Assembly (NCBI RefSeq): GCF_964355755.1
Contig: NC_092673.1
Coordinates: 32,919,648 to 32,983,647 of the forward strand
Source of the DNA: Antedon mediterranea
Taxonomy: Eukaryota; Animalia; Echinodermata
Direction of reading: 5' to 3'
Length of the DNA stretch: 64,000 nucleotides
In this document: one piece after another, positions 1-11,548 of the stretch
Layout of the letters: each line of letters begins with the position of its first letter
Position numbering within the stretch: the stretch's first letter is position 1
Program-made: the position numbers and the translations under genes
The notes under the pieces: generated by a model
Told to the model about the DNA's origin: nothing
Seen by the model: the letters and a program-made list of their open reading frames with translations, nothing else
Database searches by the model: none

Positions 1-851
1 CGAAAAAAAAAAAACTCTCGTGAATAAGCCGTGTAATCACAGTCAACTCTTCGGAATCCAGACTCTCTAAAAACACAACTTTTTGGCCAACCTGAAGCTA
101 AAAAATGTTATTATGATTCATAAGTATATAATATTGCAATTACATTTGAAATGTTTTGGGAATGAAGAGATAACAATTAGGTGATCAGAAATCTTGTTGC
201 TTCTTCCAACACACTTTCCACCCTCCCTTTTTTCAACAAGATTGGTATCGGTAACCATGTTCTTTTTGTAGGCCCCTACTTTAAATCCGCTTCGTTCTTT
301 TAATTGCCAAGCTTGTACTTTCATCGCGTTGTTTATGACAACAAATTGAATCTTAATCTTAATCAATTACAGTTGTCTTTAGGCCTATTGTCTTATTTTA
401 AATTTTACTTGAATTTCACAATTATTCAATGTTTTTTCGAGTCTGTTTTAGCTGATGGACCGGTCTTTTTATACACGTTTGTTTAGTGAACTGAAAACAT
501 CAATATAAAATTATGCATCTATTACACAGCGGCAATAAAGACTCATCAATTTTACGTAGATATGAACACTTTTAATAAATAAACAATTCAATTCAATTCA
601 AAGCAACATTTATTTTCTCCTTTCACATACAAAATTGATTTCAGTGATCAATAAATATGTAAACAAAATTTGGAAAGAAGAAGGTACACGCCCAGAAAGA
701 TGAAAAACACATCTTGTGGAGGACGTACCTATTACAGACACAGACAATGAAAATTTATAAAATAAAAAAAATAAATAAATAAATAAATTTACCGAGGAAA
801 AGTTAATATTTGGCAATAAGGTGACTTTTAAGTTTAGATAAAAATGATTTA

Positions 852-1439
852 CTAGAAACAGATCGAGTTTAAGATGGGGAGTGGCAGATCGTTCCAAAAA
901 GTGGGTCCGGAATACCTAATGTTGTGTTGAAAGTGGTTGGTTTTATGGGTTGGAATATGTAATTTTGAACAAATACGGGTATTATGATAATGAATTGAAG
1001 AATTTGGAGTGAACATGGAGCAGAGATGTTTGGGAAGGTTGGAATTAATAGAAGAAAAGATGAACGAGCCTTGTTGGGTTAGATTGATATCGGAGACATT
1101 GAAAAGATTAAGCTTTAAAAAAAGATGAGATGAATGAGACAGGGGTGGGGCGCCAGATATAACCCTGATGGCCTTTTTTTGAAGAGTTTGAAGTTTTTTA
1201 ATACTGGAAGGATAAGAGTTGCACCAGACAATATTGCAATAGTTAAGATAAGGCAGGATGAGGGAGCAGTACAGGATACGAAGAATGTTAGGGGGTGAAA
1301 AAGAAGAAAGTCTAGTGATGATGCCAAGACTTTTTGAAATTTTATTCTCAACAAAATTGATGTGATTTTTCCATGAAAGTCGACTGTCAAGATGAACTCC
1401 TAAAAATGTAGCAGATTGGACTGAGGGAATATCATGATT
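852..1439 (-). pseudogene. L2/CR1 ORF2 C-terminal (post-RT thumb) fragment
   Basis: Motifs FLGVHLDSRLSWKNHI, LYCSLILPYLNYCNIVW, LQKKAIRVI and YSGPTFWNDLP are typical of L2/CR1 ORF2 C-termini. Confidence 0.88.
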
Positions 1440-1809
1440 TTTTTTTTCTCTTTTGTGGCGCAAACACCACTTTTATTCACATTCATATTATCTTATATTA
1501 CATAAAATCGTATTATTTAACTTGTAAATGTCGTTACAGTTCATAAGTAACATTTTTACATATATGAATTCTGTATTACTCCTTTTTTTATTAATTTTCT
1601 TATATTTTGTTATACACTTGACAGGATCATCATTATCATCTATCCCGTTTTAAAATAGTTCACACATTTTCATTTGTTTGTTTTCATTTTACAACCCGGA
1701 TTTATACAATATATTTATATACATGATAAAAAAAAACAATAATAGCTCAGTACCACCAATAACCCGTATCACTGTAATTCTTTTTCGGTTAATCGTATCA
1801 AATTATAAA

Positions 1810-4800
1810 TTATATTATCATAATCTTATTTCTTAAAGCTACCCATTTTTCTATACTTGTTTCTTTATTGTTATATGTTTCACATTCAATGTTATATAAC
1901 ATATTGCTTTTAAATGAATTCCATAAAGATTTACCCACTGGCTTATTTAGTGCAGATAACATTTTTATTCTATAAATAGTAAATGCTGCAAAAGTGTAAA
2001 TATAATCTATTAGCTTATCTCCCGTTCTAGTATTAATTGTTTAAATGATATATTATTGTGATTTAAACTTACAAAGATACTAAGCATTTTCCTCCAATAT
2101 TTCTGAATAAATCTACAACTAAAAAACAAATGATTTTCATTTTCAATTTCTCCACATTTGTCACACGTTTGTGTTTCCTTAACTTTCCACTGATACAGCC
2201 GTTTGTTGGTAGGCAGTATTCTATGTAACATCTTATAATTGAATTGTGCTAGTTTCTTATCTTTCATTTTACATACTTTCCGTAACCAAGAAGTTTTCCA
2301 ATCAATGTTGTTATCATTGAAGTACTCTTCCCATTTTAGTTGTGACATTGGAATAATGAAATATTCTTTCACAAACCATGAGTATATTAGTTTGGTAGTA
2401 TTAATCTCATACTTGGTCCCAACTAATTCATCATTATCATCACAATTGAAAATATCTACCTCCTTAATAATACGTTTCAATTTAATTGGTATTGCCTTAA
2501 TAATGCACAAATACTCATTTAACCAGTTTGTTTTACATTGTAGTTTCACCAGTATTTCGTTTGATGTTAAAAAAGTGTTCTTATTAACAATGTCTTTAAT
2601 ACTGATAATGCCACTGTCAATCCAATGCTTGTAGAAAAGCGATTTTTTTTAGTTTAACGTAGTGGTTTCCCCACAGTTGCTCATTCATTATATCGTTATA
2701 AGTTTCAGGTTTTTTTTTAAAGATTCTGTTATAATTTATGTAGGCTTTTATCATATTTTTGTAAAACAATGGAATTTTATCAGAATTAACATCAATAATG
2801 TTATAACATGACATATTAAGTAGAACATTAACATCACATATTTTTTTAAATATAATACATTGAAATATTTTTCCATTTAGCACCATCATCATTCATAATT
2901 CTTTTTAACCAGCCACACATGAGTGCGTTAACATGAAGAGTAAAATAAGGCATTTTAATGCCTCCCATCTCAACATCACCAATTAGAGTTTTTCTTTTTA
3001 TCTTTTCCCTTTTATTGTTCCAAATAAAATTATATATTAGATTTGTAACTTGTGTATATACATATTTTGGAACATCAGTGATATTTGCAGCATATGTTAA
3101 TTTAGATAGTGCAAGACTTTTCAGGATTATTATTCTACCAAAAAATGAGAGATTTCTAGCATTCCATTGTTTTAAAGTCTTTTCTAGCTCTATTATTTAT
3201 TTATTTTCCCAGTTTTTCTGGTACATTCTTCTGTATTATACCCTACATATATGCCTAAAATTTTGATCGGGTGTTTTACCCAATTTAATTCTAAAGGTCT
3301 ATCTATTCTGTTCTTCCATTTACCAATCCAAAAAGCATTGTTTTTTTTTACACTGACTGCTGACTTAATACTTTTGTCATTACCAACATACAAAACAGTA
3401 TCATCGGCTCATTGGCTTATTCTAGCTTCTATGTTATTTTCATTATTTGGAAGTTTAATACCCTTATAGTCTTCTTTGTTTCTTATTCTAGATGCCATTA
3501 CTTCAACCACTAAAATGAATAACAGAGCAGATAGAGGACAACCTTGTCTAATACCTCTTTCCATTTTAAAATTGTTTGAAACCCAACCATTGTTAACTGT
3601 GACACATTCAACGTTATTGTATAATACTTTTACCCAGTTACAAAAGAACATTCCAAAGTTAAACTTTTCTAGAACATTGAACATAAAATCTCTACTAATA
3701 GAGTCAAAAGCCTTCTTAAAATCTAAGGTAATTATTGCCCCTTCGATAGCATTACACTCTGTATAATAAAGCAGGTCTTCTATTAACCGAATGTTTTCAC
3801 CAGCGAAACGGCCTTTTATATAACCTTTTTGGTCTGAACTTACTATTGATTTAATAACCATTTTAAGTCTGTTACTTAATACATGTGCAAGAATTTTGTA
3901 ATCGGTGTTTAAGAGGGTAATGGGACGCCAATTATTCAAATGTTCTCTTTCTCCATCCTTGAACAAAGGGGTGATTACACCTCGTTTTTGCGAAAAGGAT
4001 AATTCTTGAGAATTATAACTTTCATTTAACGCATCGCAAATTAAATGTTTAATATTATTCCAAAAGAAAACATAAAATTCAACACTTAAACCATCCGATC
4101 CAGGTGTTTTATTTTTTTCCATCATTGAAATGGCCTTTTTACATTCATCAATAGTGCCGTAACCTTCACAATTTTCTTTTTCTATTTCTGAAAGCTTGTT
4201 TATAATAGAATTACAAAGGTATTTATTAATTTTTCCAGGGTTTATAACATTTTTTGCGTATAAACCTTCGAAATGTTGTATTTGTTCCTTTAAAATATCA
4301 ATTGGGCTCGTTGCTAAGCTCCCATCTTTAGTAATTAAACTTTTTATGTGTTTCTTTTTACTTTTGGATCTTTCTAACCCAAGAAAGTATTTTGTATTCC
4401 GCTCGCCTTCCTCTATCCATTTTACTCTGGACCTAATTTGCGCGCCTTTTGCTTCTACATTATAAATGTTTTCAAGCTCTATTTTTTTGTTTTCAATTTT
4501 ATTTTCAATGGTTATATCACGATTTTGAGTATTCATAATTGTTTCATTTAAGTTTTTTATTTGTTTTTGTAATTTTTCTTTCTTTTTATTCTGGTTTTTA
4601 TTTTTTTGTTTTCCGTATGCAATTGAAAATTCTTTTATTTTTGTTTTTACAAGCTCCCATAACAAACTTGCACTTACAGGTTCTCTATTATTTTTTAGTA
4701 TTGAAACATCAATTGTTTTAATTACTAATTTTGTAAATGTTTCATCTTTCAGAAAGCTATTGTTGAACATCCATAAACCAGGACCGCGTATTTTTTCATG

Positions 4801-5529
4801 CAAATCTATTTTAATTGATACCGCCTGGTGATCTGTGAGAATAGCTGGACGAATGTCACAGGCTAAAACATCTCCATTTGAAAAGAGATCTTCTGATATT
4901 AACCAGTAATCCAGCCTACGGAAAATGTTGTTAAATCTCTTACGCCACGTAAATTGTCGCTTATTCATGTTTTTGGATCTCCAAATATCATTTAAATTTA
5001 AATTTTTCATTAGGTTTTTAATTGTAAAAACAGATTTATCAGACCTATTTGCGCTACCTTTTTGGTCAATGTCACTATTCATGATGCAATTCAGATCTCC
5101 ACCTAGAATGATAGAATTACCCTTCCCTCCATCAAAGTCATTGTAACATTTGTGTATGGTCCTAAAGAATTCACTTCTATTTTTGCTTTCATTAGGAGCA
5201 TAAATATTTATAATGTCCAATTCCTTTTCATTTATCATTAAATTAAGAAATATATATCTTCCATCAATATCACTTAACTTTTTAACAATTTTGCATTCAA
5301 GACCTTTTCGTAATAGTATCGACACTTCTCTACTATGTGAATTACCTATACTATGGATCGCTTCACCTTCCCAAACAAAGTTTGATTTATTAATAATCTC
5401 ATTTGTTAGATGGGTTTCCTGAAGCAGACATATATCCGCTTTTTGATCTTTTACCCGTTGGAATAGCTTATGTTGCTTATTTATATTTCTAGCTCCTCTA
5501 ACATTTAGTGTTATACAATGTAAATTCAT
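1810..5529 (-). pseudogene. L1/Tx1 ORF2 (APE endonuclease, reverse transcriptase, CCHC), disrupted
   Basis: Endonuclease motifs LNVRG, LLQETH, GGDLNC, RLDYWLIS and TDHQAV; RT motifs WRPITLLNTDYK, LDFKKAFD and RQGCPLS. The catalytic motif reads Q*ADD (TGA at 3409-3411). Further frameshifts follow, then a C-terminal CDKCGEIENENHLFFSC. Confidence 0.92.
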
Positions 5530-5594
5530 AAGATTAGAGTAAAGAGCTTCCTAGGGAAATTACAATATTTAGAATACATATTATTAAGATTAAA

Positions 5595-6921
5595 TTACTT
5601 GTTTTTGTTTCTCTTTCTTAAACTTCTTTTTTCAATACTCTTTGTTTTTTCTTCTGTCCTGCCTTCATTTCCGGACTGTTCCTTCAGATCTCTCGCTGCT
5701 TTCCTGTTTGTGTTAACACTTTTACTTTTTTGCATACTTTTTTCAAAGTAGTCAGTTACCTTCTTCTGTTCATGCTCCTCTCTTTCCCCAACTTCCTGCT
5801 CCTCTCTTTCTTCAGCTTTCTGGTACTTTCTTCCCGGTACTTCTTGTTCCTCTCCTTCTTCAACTTCCTCCTCCTCTCTTTCGTCCACTTCCTGCTCTTC
5901 TCTCTGCTCCTCTCTGTCATCATCTTCCTGCTCATTTTGGTTTTTTGTGTTGTTCTATAGTGATCACACTTGTTTCTTTTTGCGCATTTTCATCATCTGA
6001 TGATTCACTACTTCCATAAATACTAAACACTTCATCATGTGTTTCTGTATCAGATTGTACCGTAGCTCTTTTCCCGTAGTGGTTATCGTTAGCATTACTA
6101 TTTTTTGGGTTTTCAAAGTTAAAAACCGATTCCCAAACTTTATTAATGTATGCACCAGGTAAACCAGATGATGATACATTATGCGCTTCAACATTACATC
6201 TGTCCCTAGTATGCCCTGGTAAATGACACTTGAAACAGATTATATCAGCTTTGCATTGAAAAGCTAAATGCCCAGTCTTTGTACATTTGTTGCATTTCAC
6301 TTCCTGACCGTCATGAAAAGCCCGTGCTCTAAAACCATTTATTATTATATGTCTTGGTATTGGCGATTTTAGCTTTTCTACAACGACAGCTCTGTCACCG
6401 TTTAGCCAGCTGGTTAATTGACCATTAACCCTTATTTTTAGCCTTTTAACATCTCCTATTGGTTTGCATCCTAGCGCTTTCAACTTGCTAGCAATCTCTA
6501 CGTCAGCAACCGATAATGGTATATCCTTTATGACTATTCTCGTTGTTTCCATGTTGTTGTATGCCAAATAAGGATTTTTATCATGAATTGTGATATTACA
6601 ATTCCTAATGTTTAGTCCATTCGTAATTAGTTTCACTCTATCATTTCTATTATTTAGATAAATTCGCCATAGGTTCCGTATTTTTTGAACACCGATTATA
6701 CTTTCTGCAGCAATTATTTTTAGTAGGGCTATACATAGGTCTTCATCTTTGAAAAAGCTTTTTCCTGTTGGTATTTGATCAGCCTTCAAAAAGATTGGCT
6801 TCACTACACTACGTTCTTTGTTTACTGTTTGCCCGTTCATCCTGCTGATTTCGTCACCGTCAGCCTGTGCAGCACTGTACATTCCTTTGTTAGTCCCGTT
6901 TCTATGGGTTTTTGACGCCAT
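5595..6921 (-). pseudogene. L1/Tx1 ORF1 with two CCHC zinc knuckles and an acidic repetitive tail (frameshift near 5940)
   Basis: RRM-like region (RIVIKDIPLSVADVEI) is followed by CNKCTKTGHLAFQC and CFKCHLPGHTRDRC. The Glu-rich tail is in ORF 5595-5888, directly upstream of ORF2. Confidence 0.85.
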
Positions 6922-6969
6922 TGTTTGGCTTTCACCGGGCCTAGACGTGAACGATATACAAATTGTTTT

Positions 6970-8810
6970 CGATTTTATTTGGAATAATAAAAAACAGAAA
7001 AGATAAAAAGATTAACATTAATCAATGATTATAATAGTGGTGGAATAAATGCTCCAGACTTCAGATCTCAAGTCAAGGCACTACAAATGTCATGGCTTAA
7101 AATATTGTACAATGATGACACTTCAAAATGGAAGTGTTTACCTAAAATGTATTTTAACAAAATAGGTCCAAGAGAGGTTATTGAAAATATATCAAATGTA
7201 AAATATAAAGAAACACATTACAGTAGTATGCCTTTATTATATAAATCAATGTTAAAGTATTTAGCTGAATTCAATCAATATTCTGTCAAAATGTCACTTT
7301 CCTATGAACAAATTATAGAACAACCTATATGGGGCAACAACTTGATAACACACAATGGTTTCTCACTCCTTTATAGGAATTGGATTAGATCTGGTATAAC
7401 AAAGATGAAACATATTATAATTGATAACAGATTTATTAATACAAATGAATTACTATTTTTGTTAAATATCAAATCGAATTGGATTGCTGAATATTGTCAT
7501 GTCTACTAAAAGCAATACCACGAGAATAGAAAGATATAATTTATTCAAAAATTGATAATGTAAAAGTTAACGAAGTTATATCAATACAGTATAGTAAATT
7601 GAGTTGTAAAAACATTCGTCTCTTTTTTATCAAAGAAAAATGTAAAGAACCAACCAAGAGTAAAACAAAGTGGGAAACACATTTTAATATAGCGAACGAT
7701 TGGACACTGACGTGGAAAAGAAAAGTAAATGATATTAAAGATAACAAACTTAAAACAGCTAAATTTCAAACTATTGCATTGTATTATTCCTACCAATAGA
7801 AGGCTCTTTAAATGGAATATTAATAATACAGACACTTGCACATGCAATGTAATGTAATAGAAGATGATAAACACTTCTTTTACCAATGTACTGAAGCAAA
7901 TGATTTATGGAAATACATTAATGTTTATACCACATATAAGTTTGGAATTGAGGCAAACTTTCAAAATATTGTACTCGGTACCGGAAACAGATATGTTGAC
8001 CACATGTTCTCTCTTGGATGCTTCTGTATCTATAAAGGACACATTTTGAAAAAAAGTAAAGAAATGGAATTATGGTTCACTTTCTCGCCTCCTTTTGGCA
8101 GAAAAAAATAATAGGTTATACCTTAACCGACTATTATAATACGGTATATTCTACAGAGGTTTATATAACGCTGTGCAATGCCAATAGGTGGTTAAATCTT
8201 TATATAGAATTATTAAAAAAAAAAATGAAAATAAATGAAATAAATATTAAAAACAAAACGAAACGTAACATATAAGTAAGCAACAAATATAACCATGAGA
8301 CATAAAACTAAAACACAAGAGTAAGGAAAGAATTTTTTTTAAAGCTTACTATAATTATTTGAATTTTATATTTTTATTTATGTTCTTATTGTAAAAAAAA
8401 AAAAGAAAGAATTAAGAATAATAATTGTATTGCATTTTATATATTGTAAATATTTATTTATTTATATACCTTGTGGGTATGTATGTATGCATGTGTGCAA
8501 TCATGTACTCGAATATATGCACTTGTGTGTTTTGTACAGAGACATAGACCTATTGTAGAAAGGAATAGTTAAAATAAAAGAAAATAATGAAAAAAGTGGA
8601 TAATACATATAAAAGTATAAAGTATATATATATATATATATTTGACCGAATTGTTTCGATCAAATCGTACTAAAGATAAAAGAAAATACAAGAAAATAAC
8701 AGAACAGAATAACAAGGGAATATATATTTGGATGAAGTGTAAAATCATTGTATTGATCATTTGAGAATGAAATGAATAAAATAGTGGTTAACGCCACAAA
8801 AGAGAAAAAA
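6970..8810 (+). mobile_element. 5'-truncated L1/Tx1-clade LINE (copy B), inserted antisense into the 5' UTR of copy A
   Basis: ORF2 C-terminal fragments (FIWNNK, EQPIWGNNLI, CMQCNVIEDDKHFFYQC) and a 3' AATAAA-hairpin-AAAGAG-A tail. A perfect 16-bp TSD atatacaaattgtttt lies at 6954-6969 and 8811-8826. Confidence 0.9.
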
Positions 8811-9014
8811 ATATACAAATTGTTTTTTCCTAGTATTTCTTTCAGGTAAAAACTTCCACCTTAACAAAGACTTGGTTTAACTTGACTTATTCACTGTATT
8901 ATACTCACTTAGAAATCAATCGAGATTTAGAAAACGTCAAATTTTAACTATATTTCAGGAGCTGTAAAAAACTATACCTTGGTTAAGTAAAATCACAACG
9001 CCCTCTCTCTGATT

Positions 9015-10621
9015 GTTAATAGAAATGTTATAGTTTGCAGTATCAATGTTTTTAATTTTCTGAGGGGTCCCAAACAGGATGAAGTTACATTTTTTGTGGT
9101 TAAGAGAAAGTTTGTTAGCTGAAAAGTATTGAGACATGAGGGTCAGATTGGTATTAACAGTATTAAATAATTCCAATATAATTTCAAATGCCTTTAACAA
9201 ATATTTTTCTGAAATCGGCCCTTCACTTGCTAATAAAATTCCCAATAGTAACAGATCATTTAAAAACTTTTTACCCAACCCTACCCCTAACTCAATATTC
9301 TTTACTCCAGTCAATGAGGCCGAAGTTTTTAAAATCATTTCTATACCTTTAAAAACAACAAATCACCCGGTATTGATGGTCAACTCACCTTGAAAATTGA
9401 AAGAAGTATTTGTATGTGTATTATTTGATTTATTGAGCAGGGAATTAATTGATTTCCAAGTTGCCTTAATATCATTTTTGTGTTTGAGAAACGTTTTGTG
9501 AAAATGATTTTTTTTTGCAGCTTTAATTGTAGTATTTAATTTATTACGGAATTGTTTAAAGGCTGTTTCATTTTTTTGGGTGGGACAATGGATAAATTTA
9601 GAGTCTGTTAGTTAGTATGTCTGTGTTTAATTGAATTAAGTAGGCCATTAGACATCCATGACTTTAATTTATTTATTTTTTTTTTCGTTTTTGAGGAGAG
9701 GAAAGTGTTTATCATATATTGATTTTAATATAAGTTCAAAGTGTGAATAAGCCTTATTTGGGTCATCAGTGTTAATAACATCAGTCCAATGTTGGGTGGA
9801 AATTTCAAGACGAAAGTTTGCCAGTGAAGTAAGGTTAAATTTTCTAAAAGTATAGTTTTTATTTGGATTAAGATTATGGAAGGAAGCATTGAGAAGAGAA
9901 ATATTGAAGACAGGAAGATGATTGGAAATGGTATTTAGTCTGATTAGTAAAAATGTTGTCTAATAAAGTGGCAGAAGTTTTACTGATACGGGAAGGTCTA
10001 TGGATACAAGGAAGGTAATTATTACTGAAAAGCGAGTTGATAAAATCACGAGCATTGTTGTCAGTATCGTATTTAAGGATATCGATGTTGAAGTCTCCAA
10101 GAATGTAGACAATCTTGTTATTGTTGTGATAAAGAGGAAAGCACAGAGTCAAGTTCATTAGTAAATTGTTTAGGGTCAAGGGAAGGCGGTCTATAAATGG
10201 TTCCAACAAGAATATTGTTTAGGTTGGGTCTAACAATTTCAATAAAGATAGATTCAGAAGTAGAGGGTGGCAGAGTTAGATCATTTCTAAGGAAAAATTC
10301 AAGGCCATCACGGATATATAAGGCAACCCCACCACCGTCTTTATGAGTTCTATGGTTGGAAACAAAATGATAATTGGGTAGCTGGACTAAAGGGTTGTCA
10401 TGTTTGAGCCATGTTTCGCTAACACCAATAATATCAAATTGGTGATTAACTATTTCAAGAAGTTGTTTGATTTGGTCAAGATTTTTTAAAATGCTTCTTG
10501 AGTTAAAATGGATAGTGGAAAAGCATTCGTGAGATTTAATATTGGTCGGGAACTGACTGGGATTGTAATATTTAGAGAGGTTTTGGTCATTAAAAAAAAA
10601 AGTGAGTATCCGGATCCACAT
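9015..10621 (-). pseudogene. L2/CR1 ORF2 endonuclease and linker, with an internal inversion (about 9167-9379) and the RT core deleted
   Basis: Motifs IHFNSRS, IIGVSETWL, GGGVALYIR, GTIYRPP, ILGDFNID and LLDNIFTN. A plus-strand piece NAFNKYFSEIG...KSPGIDG intervenes, and the minus strand resumes at LFNTVNTNL...ANKLSLN. Confidence 0.85.
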
Positions 10622-10712
10622 TTGTAGTAAAATTATCAGATCTGTTGGAAAAATGGAAAAAAAAAATCAGAAGACATAAAAAATGTATAATAATTATAAT
10701 AAAATAAAAATA

Positions 10713-10785
10713 AAATCAATATAAATCAATATAAATCAATATAAATCAATATAAATCAATATAAATCAATATAAATCAATATAAA
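10713..10785. repeat. (AAATCAATAT)n 10-bp tandem repeat, about 7 copies, in the LINE inter-ORF spacer
   Basis: Directly visible in the sequence. Confidence 0.9.
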
Positions 10786-11018
10786 AAGCAATTGAAGTAT
10801 GTAGATAATATACACCACATTTGTGATTGAAACAATTCAATCAAGAATCAATAATTGCAGAAAAATATGAGTTAAAAGTTAGGTATTAAAAAATAGATGA
10901 TAAAGAGAAAATAAATTCATTTATTTTGAAGGTAAAAAAGTTCAATAGTAAAAGAAATGTGGAAACAGAAATAATTACAGAGAAAAATCAAACAGTGTAA
11001 TTAGTTAGGCAATCACTT

Positions 11019-11316
11019 TGTTGTGATTTTAGGTCGGTGCTGGAATGGCCTGATAATGAAAGCTACTAGGCTTACCTTAACAGTCCCGCTTGTCCTAAAT
11101 CACACAAGTATCCGGAAGCAGTAAATCCAAATATCTTGGTCAATTCCGGTTGCGTCCGTTTCTCCTTGGTTCCTGCTTCGAATAGAACGGTTCGGCCGGC
11201 GTCGAGGCCCCACGTTAACATTTGCATACCCCCTGTATGCAAATCAAGCTATCGGGGCGACGCCCTCGTTCGGTCGGAGGGGTGGTCTGTTTACCCAGCG
11301 GGCGCCGTTCACAACA
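11019..11316 (-). repeat. 3' LTR (298 bp; TGTTGTGA...TCACAACA)
   Basis: Direct repeat of 20531-20828, identical by eye, with an 8-bp terminal inverted repeat and TG...CA ends. Confidence 0.96.
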
Positions 11317-11324
11317 CTCCTCCC
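11317..11324 (-). other. Polypurine tract (GGGAGGAG)
   Basis: Purine run on the minus strand immediately upstream of the 3' LTR. Confidence 0.75.
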
Positions 11325-11548
11325 GTGTTTGAAAAGCGGGCACCCCGTCCTGGGTCCACCTCGGGGGTAAACCAGGTGATTTTCGTACGTGAAAAAATAC
11401 CCGATACCCGTAGCTATGTAGACTGCTCCCAACGATCTCTTCAGATAGTCAATGGCCGTGGGACATGCCAGTAGCACCGTCCCCTGCTTCCGTCAGCAAA
11501 CGGCACCTGGTCCCTGTCTGAGAGAGAAGAGAAAATAAACGCGAGTAC

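Larger units (their letters stand above)
1440..9009 (-). mobile_element. Full-length L1/Tx1-clade LINE (copy A), inserted into the L2 ORF2
   Basis: Has a 5' UTR (8827-9009 and 6922-6953), zinc-knuckle ORF1, APE-RT-CCHC ORF2, and a 3' AATAAA, hairpin and poly(A) at 1440-1480. A short TSD tgatt lies at 1435-1439 and 9010-9014. Confidence 0.88.

Noticed and set aside
1-583. Missing 3' part of the VLIG pseudogene beyond the LINE tail
   Set aside because: No VLIG motifs are recognisable, and no TSD links position 584 with about 21980.
3409-3411. In-frame TGA at the RT xADD motif as selenocysteine or readthrough
   Set aside because: The same ORF2 has several downstream frameshifts, so ordinary decay is the simpler explanation.
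8988-8999. 12-bp match between the L1-A 5' UTR and the Gypsy LTR end (GTTGTGATTTTA)
   Set aside because: The match is short and AT-rich and does not extend, so it is likely chance.
10713-10785. Regular short repeats as a possible CRISPR array
   Set aside because: These are head-to-tail 10-mers with no spacers and no cas genes, in a eukaryotic context.
11136-11474. Plus-strand ORFs 11136-11474 and 20648-20884 as duplicated genes
   Set aside because: They are antisense translations of the two LTRs with no protein motifs.
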